IMG/VR virus record: IMGVR_UViG_3300031964_000008
Reading direction: 5' to 3' (one strand)
Origin: a virus
DNA length: 64,000 nucleotides
A program made the translations under genes and the position numbers. The notes beneath the pieces were generated by a model. That model worked only from the letters and a program-made list of their open reading frames with translations, was not told the DNA's origin and did no database searches. Positions 44,830 to 53,556 of this stretch are shown one piece after another; positions within the stretch are counted from its first letter, which is position 1, and each line of letters starts with the position of its first letter.

Positions 44830-45278
44830 ACTCAAACAAAGATCCACGAAAGCTCACGGACCAGGAAATCGAGAAACTAGCTAACAATACCACGCGATTC
44901 GCTGGTCACGAACTGGGTTCACCGCCCGAACGTGAGGCTCGTTTCCTAGCTGTCTTGGACGCGTTAGAGAGTCAAGTACCGGTTGACCGGTCGTCACCTA
45001 TAATTGTGGTTGCACCAAGGGCTATGCACAATTTGTGGCGATTCACTGTGAATTCACTGAAGGAACAACGCTTAACCGCTCGTAAAGTTTTGTTTATGAA
45101 CGTGCTGGACTTGAAGCATCACATTCCGAATATGCACATTTCTCACATTCTGTTTATTGATGAAATGTACCCTGATCAGCGACCAGTGTTAAAAGTGACG
45201 TTGAGCCTGATGAACCCTAATCTTAATCACAGAGTGTTCGCGACTCGTCCACCTCTAATGGACGCTGGCGTAATTTAA
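44826..45278 (+). CDS. hypothetical protein
   Basis: ATGA overlap, GAGGA SD. Confidence 0.7.
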   Translation: MNSNKDPRKLTDQEIEKLANNTTRFAGHELGSPPEREARFLAVLDALESQVPVDRSSPIIVVAPRAMHNLWRFTVNSLKEQRLTARKVLFMNVLDLKHHIPNMHISHILFIDEMYPDQRPVLKVTLSLMNPNLNHRVFATRPPLMDAGVI

Positions 45279-45286
45279 AATAATTG

Positions 45287-45315
45287 TTGGCACCAGCTTC
45301 AATCTGTATTATACT
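45287..45315 (+). promoter_or_regulatory. early promoter cassette
   Basis: TTGGCA-N17-TATACT; leader GGAATCACTGCACTGAA. Confidence 0.75.
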
Positions 45316-45367
45316 GGAATCACTGCACTGAAGCGTGAACCAACAACCCAACTAAAGGAACAAGATC

Positions 45368-46060
45368 ATGACCATTCTTTCTTATCAAAACGATCCCAAA
45401 GTAAAAGAAATGTTTCAAGCGCGTTTTGATCAACACCGTGTCGCTGATGAAGTACTCCAAGGTACGGGTTTTTCAGGGGGACGTGGCTGTTTTATCGGCT
45501 GTACAATGAACGAATACAATCATGAATCTTTTGCCAAACAAATCAGGCCTCAATGGCTAGCACATTTGGCTGACTCTATTTTTGAAGGCTTGCCAGCTAT
45601 AGAGGCTCCTCAATTTGGTACTGACTTATTGGAGGCAATCCCCATAGGGAAGGATTTGGAGCCTGTCCAATGGAAATTAGCAGTTGCCCGTCACGAACGG
45701 CAGCTGGAGGCCTTAAAAGATAACAAAGAGGACTACGCTGTCCAGTGTCTAGATGCCCTCCAGTTGATTATCAACTATTGCAGGGCAAAGATTGAGGGAA
45801 CAGCTACGGAGGACCAGCGTAAAGAAGCAGCACATTCAGCACGGGCAGCAGGTTCTTTCGATATCGTCCGGTCAGCAGCAGATTCAGCACTGTCAGCAGC
45901 CTACTGGTCAGTAACAGGTTCAGCAGTATGGTCATCAGCACTTTCAGCCTACTGGTCAGCAGTATGGTCATCAGCAGAGTTAGCACTGTCAGCCAATTCA
46001 GCTGAATCTCATTGGCTCTGGGAGCGCGATACCTTACTGAAGCTGTTGATTGAGGCTTGA
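45368..46060 (+). CDS. GCFIGC-family phage protein with Ser/Ala repeat region
   Basis: GCFIGC, LAD.IFEGLP, AIP.G.DL motifs; repeated TCAGCA units. Confidence 0.8.
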   Translation: MTILSYQNDPKVKEMFQARFDQHRVADEVLQGTGFSGGRGCFIGCTMNEYNHESFAKQIRPQWLAHLADSIFEGLPAIEAPQFGTDLLEAIPIGKDLEPVQWKLAVARHERQLEALKDNKEDYAVQCLDALQLIINYCRAKIEGTATEDQRKEAAHSARAAGSFDIVRSAADSALSAAYWSVTGSAVWSSALSAYWSAVWSSAELALSANSAESHWLWERDTLLKLLIEA

Positions 46061-46130
46061 AATCAAACTAGTCATCATTAGTTTTAGCTGTCTGCTTAGT
46101 TAATACACAACGTAAATAAGGAACAAGATC

Positions 46131-46529
46131 ATGTTTGATATTCCGGTTGACCAAGTTTTATACGAGGCTGAGGAAGAGATTAGTGTTCTCCTCAACATAA
46201 CCCGGAATATCAATAGTTTCTTATTCGACAATCGTAATGTAGAATTAAGTACTGCTGATATTGTTTTTGCATCCGAGACTTTCCAGGAAAATGTAGGACT
46301 TAATCTGACGGAAGTCCAGATGCGAGGTATTATAAGCTTATATCCTCATGCACGAATCAAACTAGCTTATTACGGAGAAGATACAGAGACTGTAGATTGC
46401 TTACTAGATGCTTTTGCTCATTTCTTTCTCGGTTGTCAATGGCCAACTTACGGGGATGATGTAAGCCCAAATGTTTTCCGCCAAGCTATGCATGCCCGTA
46501 TGCGAGCAATGAAGTTCATCAATAACTAG
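46131..46529 (+). CDS. hypothetical protein
   Basis: AAGGA SD with the same AAGGAACAAGATCATG leader as 45368. Confidence 0.75.
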   Translation: MFDIPVDQVLYEAEEEISVLLNITRNINSFLFDNRNVELSTADIVFASETFQENVGLNLTEVQMRGIISLYPHARIKLAYYGEDTETVDCLLDAFAHFFLGCQWPTYGDDVSPNVFRQAMHARMRAMKFINN

Positions 46530-46535
46530 ACAGCT

Positions 46536-46985
46536 ATGATTTCACACACTTCCGAAGTCGTGCAACTATTGAGTAACGAACAGCACGTGATGATACTAGA
46601 TGGATCCGGAGTTCCGGCTATTGTCCATCACTATAGTCTGCCGTATCCGGTAATCAAGCACCTTAACTACATCAAGGTAGTAGAAACAGAACGTGTGTTG
46701 AAGGTGCCTAAGCACCAACAAGATTTTAGGTTTCCCTCATCCGCACCCGAGGCCCAGCCTATTTATGCTCACACCAAATTAGGATTTGACACTTATGGCG
46801 ATCAAGCCTTAGTATGGAACATCGGGTTGAAGGCTTCTAACGGATTTTCCATTCCAAGCACGGCTGTCATTGACTCCTGTTATGTGCTGATTGATGAATC
46901 TTTAGTAAAACAGCGGGCACCTATGGAGACCTTCGGTCGCGAAGCCTACTTGCGACATAGATATAACAACCATATCCTGGTCTGA
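46536..46985 (+). CDS. hypothetical protein
   Basis: 149-aa ORF. Confidence 0.65.
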   Translation: MISHTSEVVQLLSNEQHVMILDGSGVPAIVHHYSLPYPVIKHLNYIKVVETERVLKVPKHQQDFRFPSSAPEAQPIYAHTKLGFDTYGDQALVWNIGLKASNGFSIPSTAVIDSCYVLIDESLVKQRAPMETFGREAYLRHRYNNHILV

Positions 46986-47013
46986 GCATAGCCTCAACGT
47001 TACGGAGAATTTT

Positions 47014-47205
47014 ATGGACAAACCAAGTTGGACTAATGCCCCGAATTGGGCTGAATGGCTATTCCAGTACGACCAGGATAGCTGGTACTGGAGCGAGTAT
47101 GAGCCCATCAGGAACGGTAACTCTTGGGAGTCTCTACCCGGCCGCGCCGAGTACGCGGGACCGGGAGCCTTAAAAGTTAAGGAGCAAAGACCTCCTAACT
47201 CGTAG
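47014..47205 (+). CDS. Trp-rich small phage protein
   Basis: W..AP.WA.WL..D.D.W.W.E.EP pattern; GGAG SD. Confidence 0.7.
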   Translation: MDKPSWTNAPNWAEWLFQYDQDSWYWSEYEPIRNGNSWESLPGRAEYAGPGALKVKEQRPPNS

Positions 47206-47265
47206 GTAAACCTTTAGCTGAGTTCTATCGGGTTTAGTTCAAAATTAGAAATAGAGAAAACAACC

Positions 47266-47517
47266 ATGGCAAAAATACTTGCAATAACGCCGAGTTCGGG
47301 ACTCAGAATCGAGGCCATCAAATTCGAAGATGGATCCAAGCGTATTTCAATCCGCCAAATCTACAAGACTAAGAAAGAACCGGATGACTGGAAAATAGGT
47401 CGTAACGGTATTACCATTCCTTTTGAGAAAGCTGGACGGGTATCTGCAGCAATCAAGAATTTAGTTGACGATCCGGATCTGAATTTCAAACTGATTGAAG
47501 GTAAGGACAAAGACTGA
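47266..47517 (+). CDS. PC4/p15-like ssDNA-binding protein
   Basis: RISIRQIYK......W..G..GITIP pattern. Confidence 0.7.
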   Translation: MAKILAITPSSGLRIEAIKFEDGSKRISIRQIYKTKKEPDDWKIGRNGITIPFEKAGRVSAAIKNLVDDPDLNFKLIEGKDKD

Positions 47518-47519
47518 TC

Positions 47520-47861
47520 ATGTTATCAATTCAGTACACCGATGTTCATCTCATAAAGACTACTGAAAATGGAGTCAACTCGTTTTCTTTAGTTTATGTG
47601 TACTCTAATCCGTCAGAGACCAACTATTCAGAAATCGAGGTCCTGCGTTTTTCTAATTTGTGTCCCGAGAATTATGACTACTCTTTGGACATAACTGGTG
47701 TGGTGACTTCCGGCTTCTACACCGGAGACACAGTTAAAGCTTATGGTATTGCTTGGGACTGGTCGAAAGCGTGGATCGACGTAAAAACAGCAATTATTGA
47801 AGACTGTTATAACGGGTGGGGAAGAAACCCCAGCGTAATAATGACTAAGGAATGGTCATGA
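47520..47861 (+). CDS. hypothetical protein
   Basis: AAGGA SD. Confidence 0.6.
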   Translation: MLSIQYTDVHLIKTTENGVNSFSLVYVYSNPSETNYSEIEVLRFSNLCPENYDYSLDITGVVTSGFYTGDTVKAYGIAWDWSKAWIDVKTAIIEDCYNGWGRNPSVIMTKEWS

Positions 47862-48130
47862 CCAATCAAGAACTTGCAGCCTACGTGTTTGACACCGTGG
47901 CTGGCATAGCATTCGGTGTTTCCGCAGCCACACTGGATTCTACATTCAAGAGTTTGGGTTTGGATGCTCTCCATATTCTGGACCTAGCTCTTACCGTAGA
48001 GCGCGAACTTCAAGTCCCGATTGACGAAAAATTGTTTACTCCGGAATCAAGGGTCAAAGATTTAGTATCCGAGGTGAACAAGCAACTGGTAAACTTACGT
48101 ATCAGAGATTTGAATCTAAATATTGTTTAA
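47858..48130 (+). CDS. acyl-carrier-protein-like protein lacking the phosphopantetheine Ser (LGLDAL)
   Basis: F..LGLDAL..LDL...VE.EL...I...........VKDLV..V matches the ACP pattern; GCT (Ala) at 47966. Confidence 0.7.
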   Translation: MTNQELAAYVFDTVAGIAFGVSAATLDSTFKSLGLDALHILDLALTVERELQVPIDEKLFTPESRVKDLVSEVNKQLVNLRIRDLNLNIV

Positions 48131-48142
48131 AGGATATTTGAC

Positions 48143-48586
48143 ATGAAAGATTATCGCGATACTGAGGACATTGACTGGGATTTGTTTCGAGATGCTTATG
48201 CCCTAATCAAGACTACATCTGACGAGGATATCGACCTAGAGAAATGGTGTCAGCCCCACATGGTTGACCCGTGTCGCACCTTGGCCTGTGCCGCTGGTAC
48301 ACTTGCAGTTAATCCCTTGTTTAATGATCGTGGACTTAAACGACATGTTCGGGGGAAACCTTATTGCATAGTTAATGGTGAGTATTTATCCGGTTTTGAA
48401 GCACTAGCCTGCGTTTTCAAAATAAGTCTAGTAGAGACTACTATTTTGTTTGGTATTCGCGGGATTGCGGGGGAACGAACCGCGATTAAGATTGCCGACA
48501 ACGACCAACCAAATCATTTGTCAGATCGTCAAGTCTGGCTCAACCGCGTAGAGCATTTCTTTGCCAGACATGGACAAATACTATGA
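48143..48586 (+). CDS. NFDLLR/DRQ family, paralog 3
   Basis: DWDLFRDAY.LI......IDLEKW...ACAAGTL...F.AL...SDRQVWLNR. Confidence 0.8.
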   Translation: MKDYRDTEDIDWDLFRDAYALIKTTSDEDIDLEKWCQPHMVDPCRTLACAAGTLAVNPLFNDRGLKRHVRGKPYCIVNGEYLSGFEALACVFKISLVETTILFGIRGIAGERTAIKIADNDQPNHLSDRQVWLNRVEHFFARHGQIL

Positions 48587-48900
48587 TATCCCCGACTATA
48601 ACCGGAGCAGGACTAGCTCAACTTTCAGCCGAATCTGAGTTGAAATCCAAAATGCAAATATCGTTCGATAGCTTGAGCGTCCAGTATCGTCAGTCTGAAG
48701 TTAATGACGAGCCGGTTGTTAACCTTGTATTTTTGAAAGACGGGAAATCTGTAGCCGAAGTTAAGCATTTGAAAATTCAACAACTACAGACCATAACATT
48801 CAGTGGACTTACAGGGACGATTCCAATCCAGATAGGAGGTTTCACCGGCCAGGACCTAGCCGATATGAAGACTGCAGCAACCTGGGTATCGACAGCCTAA
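48583..48900 (+). CDS. hypothetical protein
   Basis: ATGA overlap. Confidence 0.6.
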   Translation: MISPTITGAGLAQLSAESELKSKMQISFDSLSVQYRQSEVNDEPVVNLVFLKDGKSVAEVKHLKIQQLQTITFSGLTGTIPIQIGGFTGQDLADMKTAATWVSTA

Positions 48901-48928
48901 GTGCGAAACTGATTGATGCATAGGACAC

Positions 48929-48938
48929 CTAGTAAATA
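48929..48938 (+). promoter_or_regulatory. putative late promoter CTAGTAAATA
   Basis: Exact motif 22 nt before the ACP start. Confidence 0.6.
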
Positions 48939-48960
48939 AAGTCAACTAAAGGATAAACAA

Positions 48961-49203
48961 ATGGAAACTAGTATTCAGGATCGGGTCATCAACATCGTAG
49001 CTGAACAGCTAGGACTAGCTATCTATGAAGTTCTTCCAACCTCAAACTTCGTCAATGACTTGGGTATCGACAGCCTAGACGAGCTCGAACTTTTGATAGC
49101 TATTGAGGATGAATTCGAACTAGAGGTCAATAACGAGGAGGCAGAAAAGTTCAGTAATGTTCAAGAGGTTATCGACTACGTAACTGCGAATATTCAATCT
49201 TAG
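48961..49203 (+). CDS. acpP: acyl carrier protein
   Basis: IQDRV..IVAEQLG...FVNDLGIDSLD..EL..AIEDEF..E...EEAEK...VQ.VIDYV; Ser at 49072. Confidence 0.92.
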   Translation: METSIQDRVINIVAEQLGLAIYEVLPTSNFVNDLGIDSLDELELLIAIEDEFELEVNNEEAEKFSNVQEVIDYVTANIQS

Positions 49204-49265
49204 TCTTATAACCAGCAGCAAGAAAGTTAGAGTACCAATCACCCTTCCCAACAAGAGAAACAAAG

Positions 49266-50162
49266 ATGACAAACATTAATAGCATGGATCTGAAAACCTA
49301 TCACCACGTCGTTGGCTCGTCGGCCAATGAATTCCAGGCCACCGGTCTGTCTTTCGGCCAGTATTTCCCCTGGTGCATTGTCCGCATGAACACAATGTAC
49401 ACGCTGCCAATCAACGAAAGCCCGACGATCAAGGACGAATACCTGAACGAGCCCCCGGAAGCCAGACTTCAAAAGTTTCTTGGTGTACTTAGCGATGAGA
49501 TCAGCGAGGGTCATGAAATTCTAGCCCTGATGCAGGCCCGTCGTGCATCACATGAAAATGTGGACATCACCGAGCAAGACGTAACTAATTTGGCGACCAG
49601 CAACGGCGTGTCGGCGAAACGTGCTAAGGCCACGGCAGAGACATTCATGAAAGCCTACCTGCATGACAAGAGCACAGGCTTCCAATTCAATGACGATGGC
49701 ACCACAGAAGTCGAGCGCCAGATACTTGTAGCCTTGGGCGATTGGCTCGGTGACATGGTAGTCTACATCCGCAGCGAAAGTCTGAAGTATGGTATTCCTT
49801 TGGAGTCTATGCTGGCCTGTATTATGGGTTCGAACTTTACCAAGCTCGACGAGAACGGGTTGCCTATCAAGAACGAGGCAACAGGCAAAGTCGAGAAAGG
49901 TCCGAATTTCATGCCACCCGAACAGCATATTTATGCCACCTTGTTCGGTACCCAAGAACTGATTACTGAATACGAAGGTGTGTCACAGTTGGTTAATGAT
50001 TTCTCTGTTATCGGTGAAGAATTGCTGTGTAACCCGATGACCGACATTCTTCATGCCGAAGGACTAGATACTGACGAAGATGAAGATGACGAAGCTGCGG
50101 ATGAAGACTATGACGAAGAAGAGGAACTTAAGGTTTGGTCGAAAACGTTGATAAATGAATAA
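49266..50162 (+). CDS. MazG-like/all-alpha NTP pyrophosphohydrolase (DR2231-like)
   Basis: LGD.LGD..VY...YGI.L......SNFTKL...G.PI.....GKV.KGPNF.PP; acidic tail. Confidence 0.85.
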   Translation: MTNINSMDLKTYHHVVGSSANEFQATGLSFGQYFPWCIVRMNTMYTLPINESPTIKDEYLNEPPEARLQKFLGVLSDEISEGHEILALMQARRASHENVDITEQDVTNLATSNGVSAKRAKATAETFMKAYLHDKSTGFQFNDDGTTEVERQILVALGDWLGDMVVYIRSESLKYGIPLESMLACIMGSNFTKLDENGLPIKNEATGKVEKGPNFMPPEQHIYATLFGTQELITEYEGVSQLVNDFSVIGEELLCNPMTDILHAEGLDTDEDEDDEAADEDYDEEEELKVWSKTLINE

Positions 50163-50186
50163 CTCTTAATTATTGTGTGGTAAAGG

Positions 50187-50222
50187 AGGGTGGAACTAAA
50201 AATTCCACCCTTTTTCTTTTTT
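50187..50222 (+). terminator. intrinsic terminator
   Basis: AGGGTGGAA / TTCCACCCT stem followed by a long U-tract. Confidence 0.8.
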
Positions 50223-50276
50223 ATCTCGGGTTCGCAATTTTAGAATAACTAGTTTGGTTGCGCGCTCCCCTGTATT

Positions 50277-50531
50277 TTGGAAGCTAAATACAACAAGTAT
50301 AAGCCTAGGCTTGACCTAATTTCCTGGTTAGAACTCAGGAACCTGAGCTGGATCGAGTGCGGACCTGCGGAGAATAGTGGTTATGTTGACTACATGGGTT
50401 GCATCTACATTGATGTTCCTTTTGATATCGATAATTCAGATTACACCTTGTTAGCTGAGCGTCTAGAAAATAAAGATGGTACGCCGAAAAATCGCAACGT
50501 TCGTTTTCTATATTGTGCGTATAAAGATTAA
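50277..50531 (+). CDS. hypothetical protein, possibly a 5'-truncated fragment
   Basis: WIECGP...Y.G.IYIDVPFD pattern; TTG start with no clear SD. Confidence 0.45.
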   Translation: MEAKYNKYKPRLDLISWLELRNLSWIECGPAENSGYVDYMGCIYIDVPFDIDNSDYTLLAERLENKDGTPKNRNVRFLYCAYKD

Positions 50532-50566
50532 TCAGCGATTTTACTAAGTTGATTGGAGTCTCAACA

Positions 50567-51004
50567 ATGCCCAATAACATAATTAAACATGACGTAAAAC
50601 AAGGCAAAGGTAGCAAGAAAAGTCTTGAACATAAATGGAAGGACGCTGAGGATAAGGCCAAGAAAAGCAGCGGCAAGAAAGAGCCCTATGCTTTGACTAA
50701 TTATATTTATCACAAAATGACAGGTAGCACTAAAGTTGAAGCAGCCTTACGCCTAGTCGCGGTCTCCAAGATGGAAGCAGATGCTTTCGAGGGTTGGGTA
50801 AATACACTGCAGTATGCGTATGAACGTCCGGACAACGAGGACTTCGTGATCGTTGACGCGCCGTTAAAAGACGTTGAGGCCAAGCTTTATGCAAACGACT
50901 GGGCAAAGGCTAGGTCCGCCGAGGTCAATCATTTCAGTAAAGGTGAGCACGAAGTAGAATTAGAGGACATAGGAAATAAAACAAAAATTATCAGCGTTGC
51001 GTGA
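50567..51004 (+). CDS. two-domain hypothetical protein with internal AALRL motif
   Basis: GGAG SD before ATG 50567. Confidence 0.75.
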   Translation: MPNNIIKHDVKQGKGSKKSLEHKWKDAEDKAKKSSGKKEPYALTNYIYHKMTGSTKVEAALRLVAVSKMEADAFEGWVNTLQYAYERPDNEDFVIVDAPLKDVEAKLYANDWAKARSAEVNHFSKGEHEVELEDIGNKTKIISVA

Positions 51005-51035
51005 GCTGAAAGTGAAAGTGCTTAAAAGGATTGAT

Positions 51036-52484
51036 ATGAAGGTTCAAATACACGCTGCACAACGACTGCTGGAGGATCAACACGAAAAACTAGCAACTCA
51101 CAGAGGACATATCCTGGTCCTAGGCTTCGGTGGTGTTGGTCAATCGATTCTCCCCGTAATTCTACGTCACCTCGATGTAAGTCCTAGCGCGGTAGTCGTT
51201 CTGGATAAAGAGGTACGCCCTGAATTTGCTAAATACGAAGATTTGGGTGTAACTTACGTTCATCGTGAAATCGTCAAATCTAATTTGGTGCCAACACTAA
51301 ATGAATTATTGAGTCCCGGTGACTTACTGATTAACGTAAGCTTGAACATAGACGGACTAGAAATCGTTGAGTGGTGCCTACAAAATAATGTGCTCTACAT
51401 TGACACGTCTATCGAACGTTGGGCTACTGAACCCGACGAAATCATTCCGGAACTGGGTGAACGCACGCTCTACACAACGCATCAAGAAATGCGAAGAATG
51501 GCCTCGGCCTATCCTGGGGCCTCTACCTGTGTGGTGACGCATGGAGCTAATCCAGGTCTAGTTTCGCATTTTGTTAAAGCGGCGTTGCTCAAACTCGCAA
51601 AAGATACAGGTCTGAAAACAGGGACCCCTGAGTCCCAAGAGCAATGGGGAATGCTAGCTGAAGCCCTGAATGTGAAAATAATTCAAACGGCTGAGCGCGA
51701 TACACAAATTCTGAAAGAACCCAAGCGTGTTAATGAATTCGTCAACACCTGGAGCTGTGAAGGGTTCTGGGCTGAGGGTCGAGCACCAGCAGAAATGGGG
51801 TGGGGCACGCACGAAAAAGAGATTCCTGCTGACGGTAAAGAACTCGCTGGTGGCTCTGTGCTCTATCTAGAGCAACCGGGTGTGGAGACCACGGTTAAGT
51901 CGTGGGTACCTTTGGGCGGTACATTCAACGGCTATTTGATTCAGCACTCGGAAGCCATCACTATCAGCGAATACTTTAGTACAGAGAATTATCGACCGAC
52001 CTGTTACTATGCGTATCAACCGTGTGATGCTGCAATTGCGTCTGTCCATGAAATGAAGGGACAAGAATTGTGGATGCACAGAAAGACCCGAATTGCTAAA
52101 AATAGTATTCAGAGCGGAATCGATGAACTAGGGGTCTTGCTTCTAGGTCATGAACGGAATGCCCTGTGGTACGGATCGCAACTTTCTATCGAAGAATCAC
52201 GGGAACTGGTAGAAGGGCAAAACGCAACAACATTGCAGGTAGTGGGTTCAATGTTAGGTGCTATTGTTTGGATGCTGGACAATCCTAATCAAGGTTATTG
52301 CGAACCAGAGGACCTACCATTTGAATTCGTGTTAAACATCGCTTCGCCCTTCCTTGGGCCTATTGCTGCGGTCTACAGCGATTGGACGCCCCTAGCCCAT
52401 GCAAATCGTGAACTGTATGACGACGAGCACGACGACTCAGATGTGTGGGCCTTTTCTAATTTTCGAACTGACAGTGGACTATAA
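51036..52484 (+). CDS. hss: homospermidine synthase with N-terminal AAQRL leader
   Basis: Rossmann LGFGGVG, YIDT..E.W, HGANPG.VS.FVK, FVNTWSCEGF..EG..PAE.GWG, H.EA..I, GIDELGVLL, NAT.LQV. Confidence 0.95.
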   Translation: MKVQIHAAQRLLEDQHEKLATHRGHILVLGFGGVGQSILPVILRHLDVSPSAVVVLDKEVRPEFAKYEDLGVTYVHREIVKSNLVPTLNELLSPGDLLINVSLNIDGLEIVEWCLQNNVLYIDTSIERWATEPDEIIPELGERTLYTTHQEMRRMASAYPGASTCVVTHGANPGLVSHFVKAALLKLAKDTGLKTGTPESQEQWGMLAEALNVKIIQTAERDTQILKEPKRVNEFVNTWSCEGFWAEGRAPAEMGWGTHEKEIPADGKELAGGSVLYLEQPGVETTVKSWVPLGGTFNGYLIQHSEAITISEYFSTENYRPTCYYAYQPCDAAIASVHEMKGQELWMHRKTRIAKNSIQSGIDELGVLLLGHERNALWYGSQLSIEESRELVEGQNATTLQVVGSMLGAIVWMLDNPNQGYCEPEDLPFEFVLNIASPFLGPIAAVYSDWTPLAHANRELYDDEHDDSDVWAFSNFRTDSGL

Positions 52485-52485
52485 A

Positions 52486-53061
52486 ATGATAAAAGCAGCG
52501 TCACGACTTATTGCTATAGAGGCGTCTAAGGATAAAGAGAATTGGGGACCCGGCATCAGAGGATATCACCAAGCAGTCGGAGCCTTAGTACTGGCCCTAG
52601 ACACCGGTAACTTTAGTTTCCAGCTACGTGGTCCTCATTCTGATACACCGAATTGCTACGGAACGTGGGGTGGCTCCGTTGACGGCGCAGAAGACTTGGT
52701 CAATGCCCTACGCCGGGAACTCAGAGAAGAGACCGGCTATAACGGTGAGTGGTCTGTAATGCCGCTCAAGGTATCCAGAAATGGAAAAGGCTTTGAGTAC
52801 CACACTTATTTTGTTACTGTCCCCAAGCAGTTCGTAGTCAACCCAGAATCAGAATTCAGGTCAGAATCGACGGCTGCTATTTGGACAGCTTTCAATCAAT
52901 GGCCTCAGCCAATGCATCCAGGACTTAAAGCGGTACTGGATGATCCACATGTGCAATTCGTGTTGGAGCAAGCCTTGAAACGTAGAGCACAGAATTTAAG
53001 CACGGGTGTCAAAGTCAATGCAGCATCCAGATTGGTTAACTCCGAACTTTCGATCCGCTAG
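52486..53061 (+). CDS. Nudix hydrolase flanked by AASRL motifs at both ends
   Basis: Full Nudix box GSVDGAEDLVNALRRELREETGY. Confidence 0.92.
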   Translation: MIKAASRLIAIEASKDKENWGPGIRGYHQAVGALVLALDTGNFSFQLRGPHSDTPNCYGTWGGSVDGAEDLVNALRRELREETGYNGEWSVMPLKVSRNGKGFEYHTYFVTVPKQFVVNPESEFRSESTAAIWTAFNQWPQPMHPGLKAVLDDPHVQFVLEQALKRRAQNLSTGVKVNAASRLVNSELSIR

Positions 53062-53067
53062 TAAATA
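53058..53067 (+). promoter_or_regulatory. putative late promoter CTAGTAAATA
   Basis: Exact motif overlapping the Nudix stop. Confidence 0.55.
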
Positions 53068-53094
53068 GGGTTCATACAACAACTAAATACAATA

Positions 53095-53556
53095 ATGACT
53101 CAGCCTCTAGACGATGACAAAATGTACATGGACTTTGCTAAACGTGCAGCCGAACGAAGTCATGCTCAACGACTTCAAGTAGGCTGCGTAATTGTGAAGG
53201 ATGACTCTGTGGTGTCCTATGGTTGGAACGGCATGCCCCAGGGTTACGACAATACATGTGAACATTCGGTACTGTCAGGATCCGATGTAGGTAACAGCTA
53301 TGTAATGCATTTCGGTTTGAAGACCAACGATGAGGTCAGTCACGCTGAAATGAATGCTTGTGCAAAGTTAGCAGCATCTACGGTAAGCGCTGTTGGTGCC
53401 ACGCTTTATTGTACGCACGCACCCTGTATTGAGTGCGCGAAACTAATTCAAAGAACAGGTATTGCCGAGGTTGTCTTTGCCGATTACTATAGAGACAACA
53501 AAGGTTTGGCGTTGCTCAACAAACGTGGTATTAGAACTAGCCTTTTGATGTACTAA
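53095..53556 (+). CDS. dCMP deaminase
   Basis: VGCVIV, GWNG.P.G..N.C, HAEMNA, PCIECAK. Confidence 0.93.
   Translation: MTQPLDDDKMYMDFAKRAAERSHAQRLQVGCVIVKDDSVVSYGWNGMPQGYDNTCEHSVLSGSDVGNSYVMHFGLKTNDEVSHAEMNACAKLAASTVSAVGATLYCTHAPCIECAKLIQRTGIAEVVFADYYRDNKGLALLNKRGIRTSLLMY

Noticed and set aside
25605-45315. TTGGCAC as a sigma54 -24 element
   Set aside because: There is no TTGC at -12, whereas TATACT sits 16-17 nt downstream, which fits sigma70 geometry.
50277-50531. Fragment of a host-derived conserved protein as a distinct finding
   Set aside because: The resemblance rests only on recollection of a bacterial family and the start is uncertain; kept as a low-confidence CDS.
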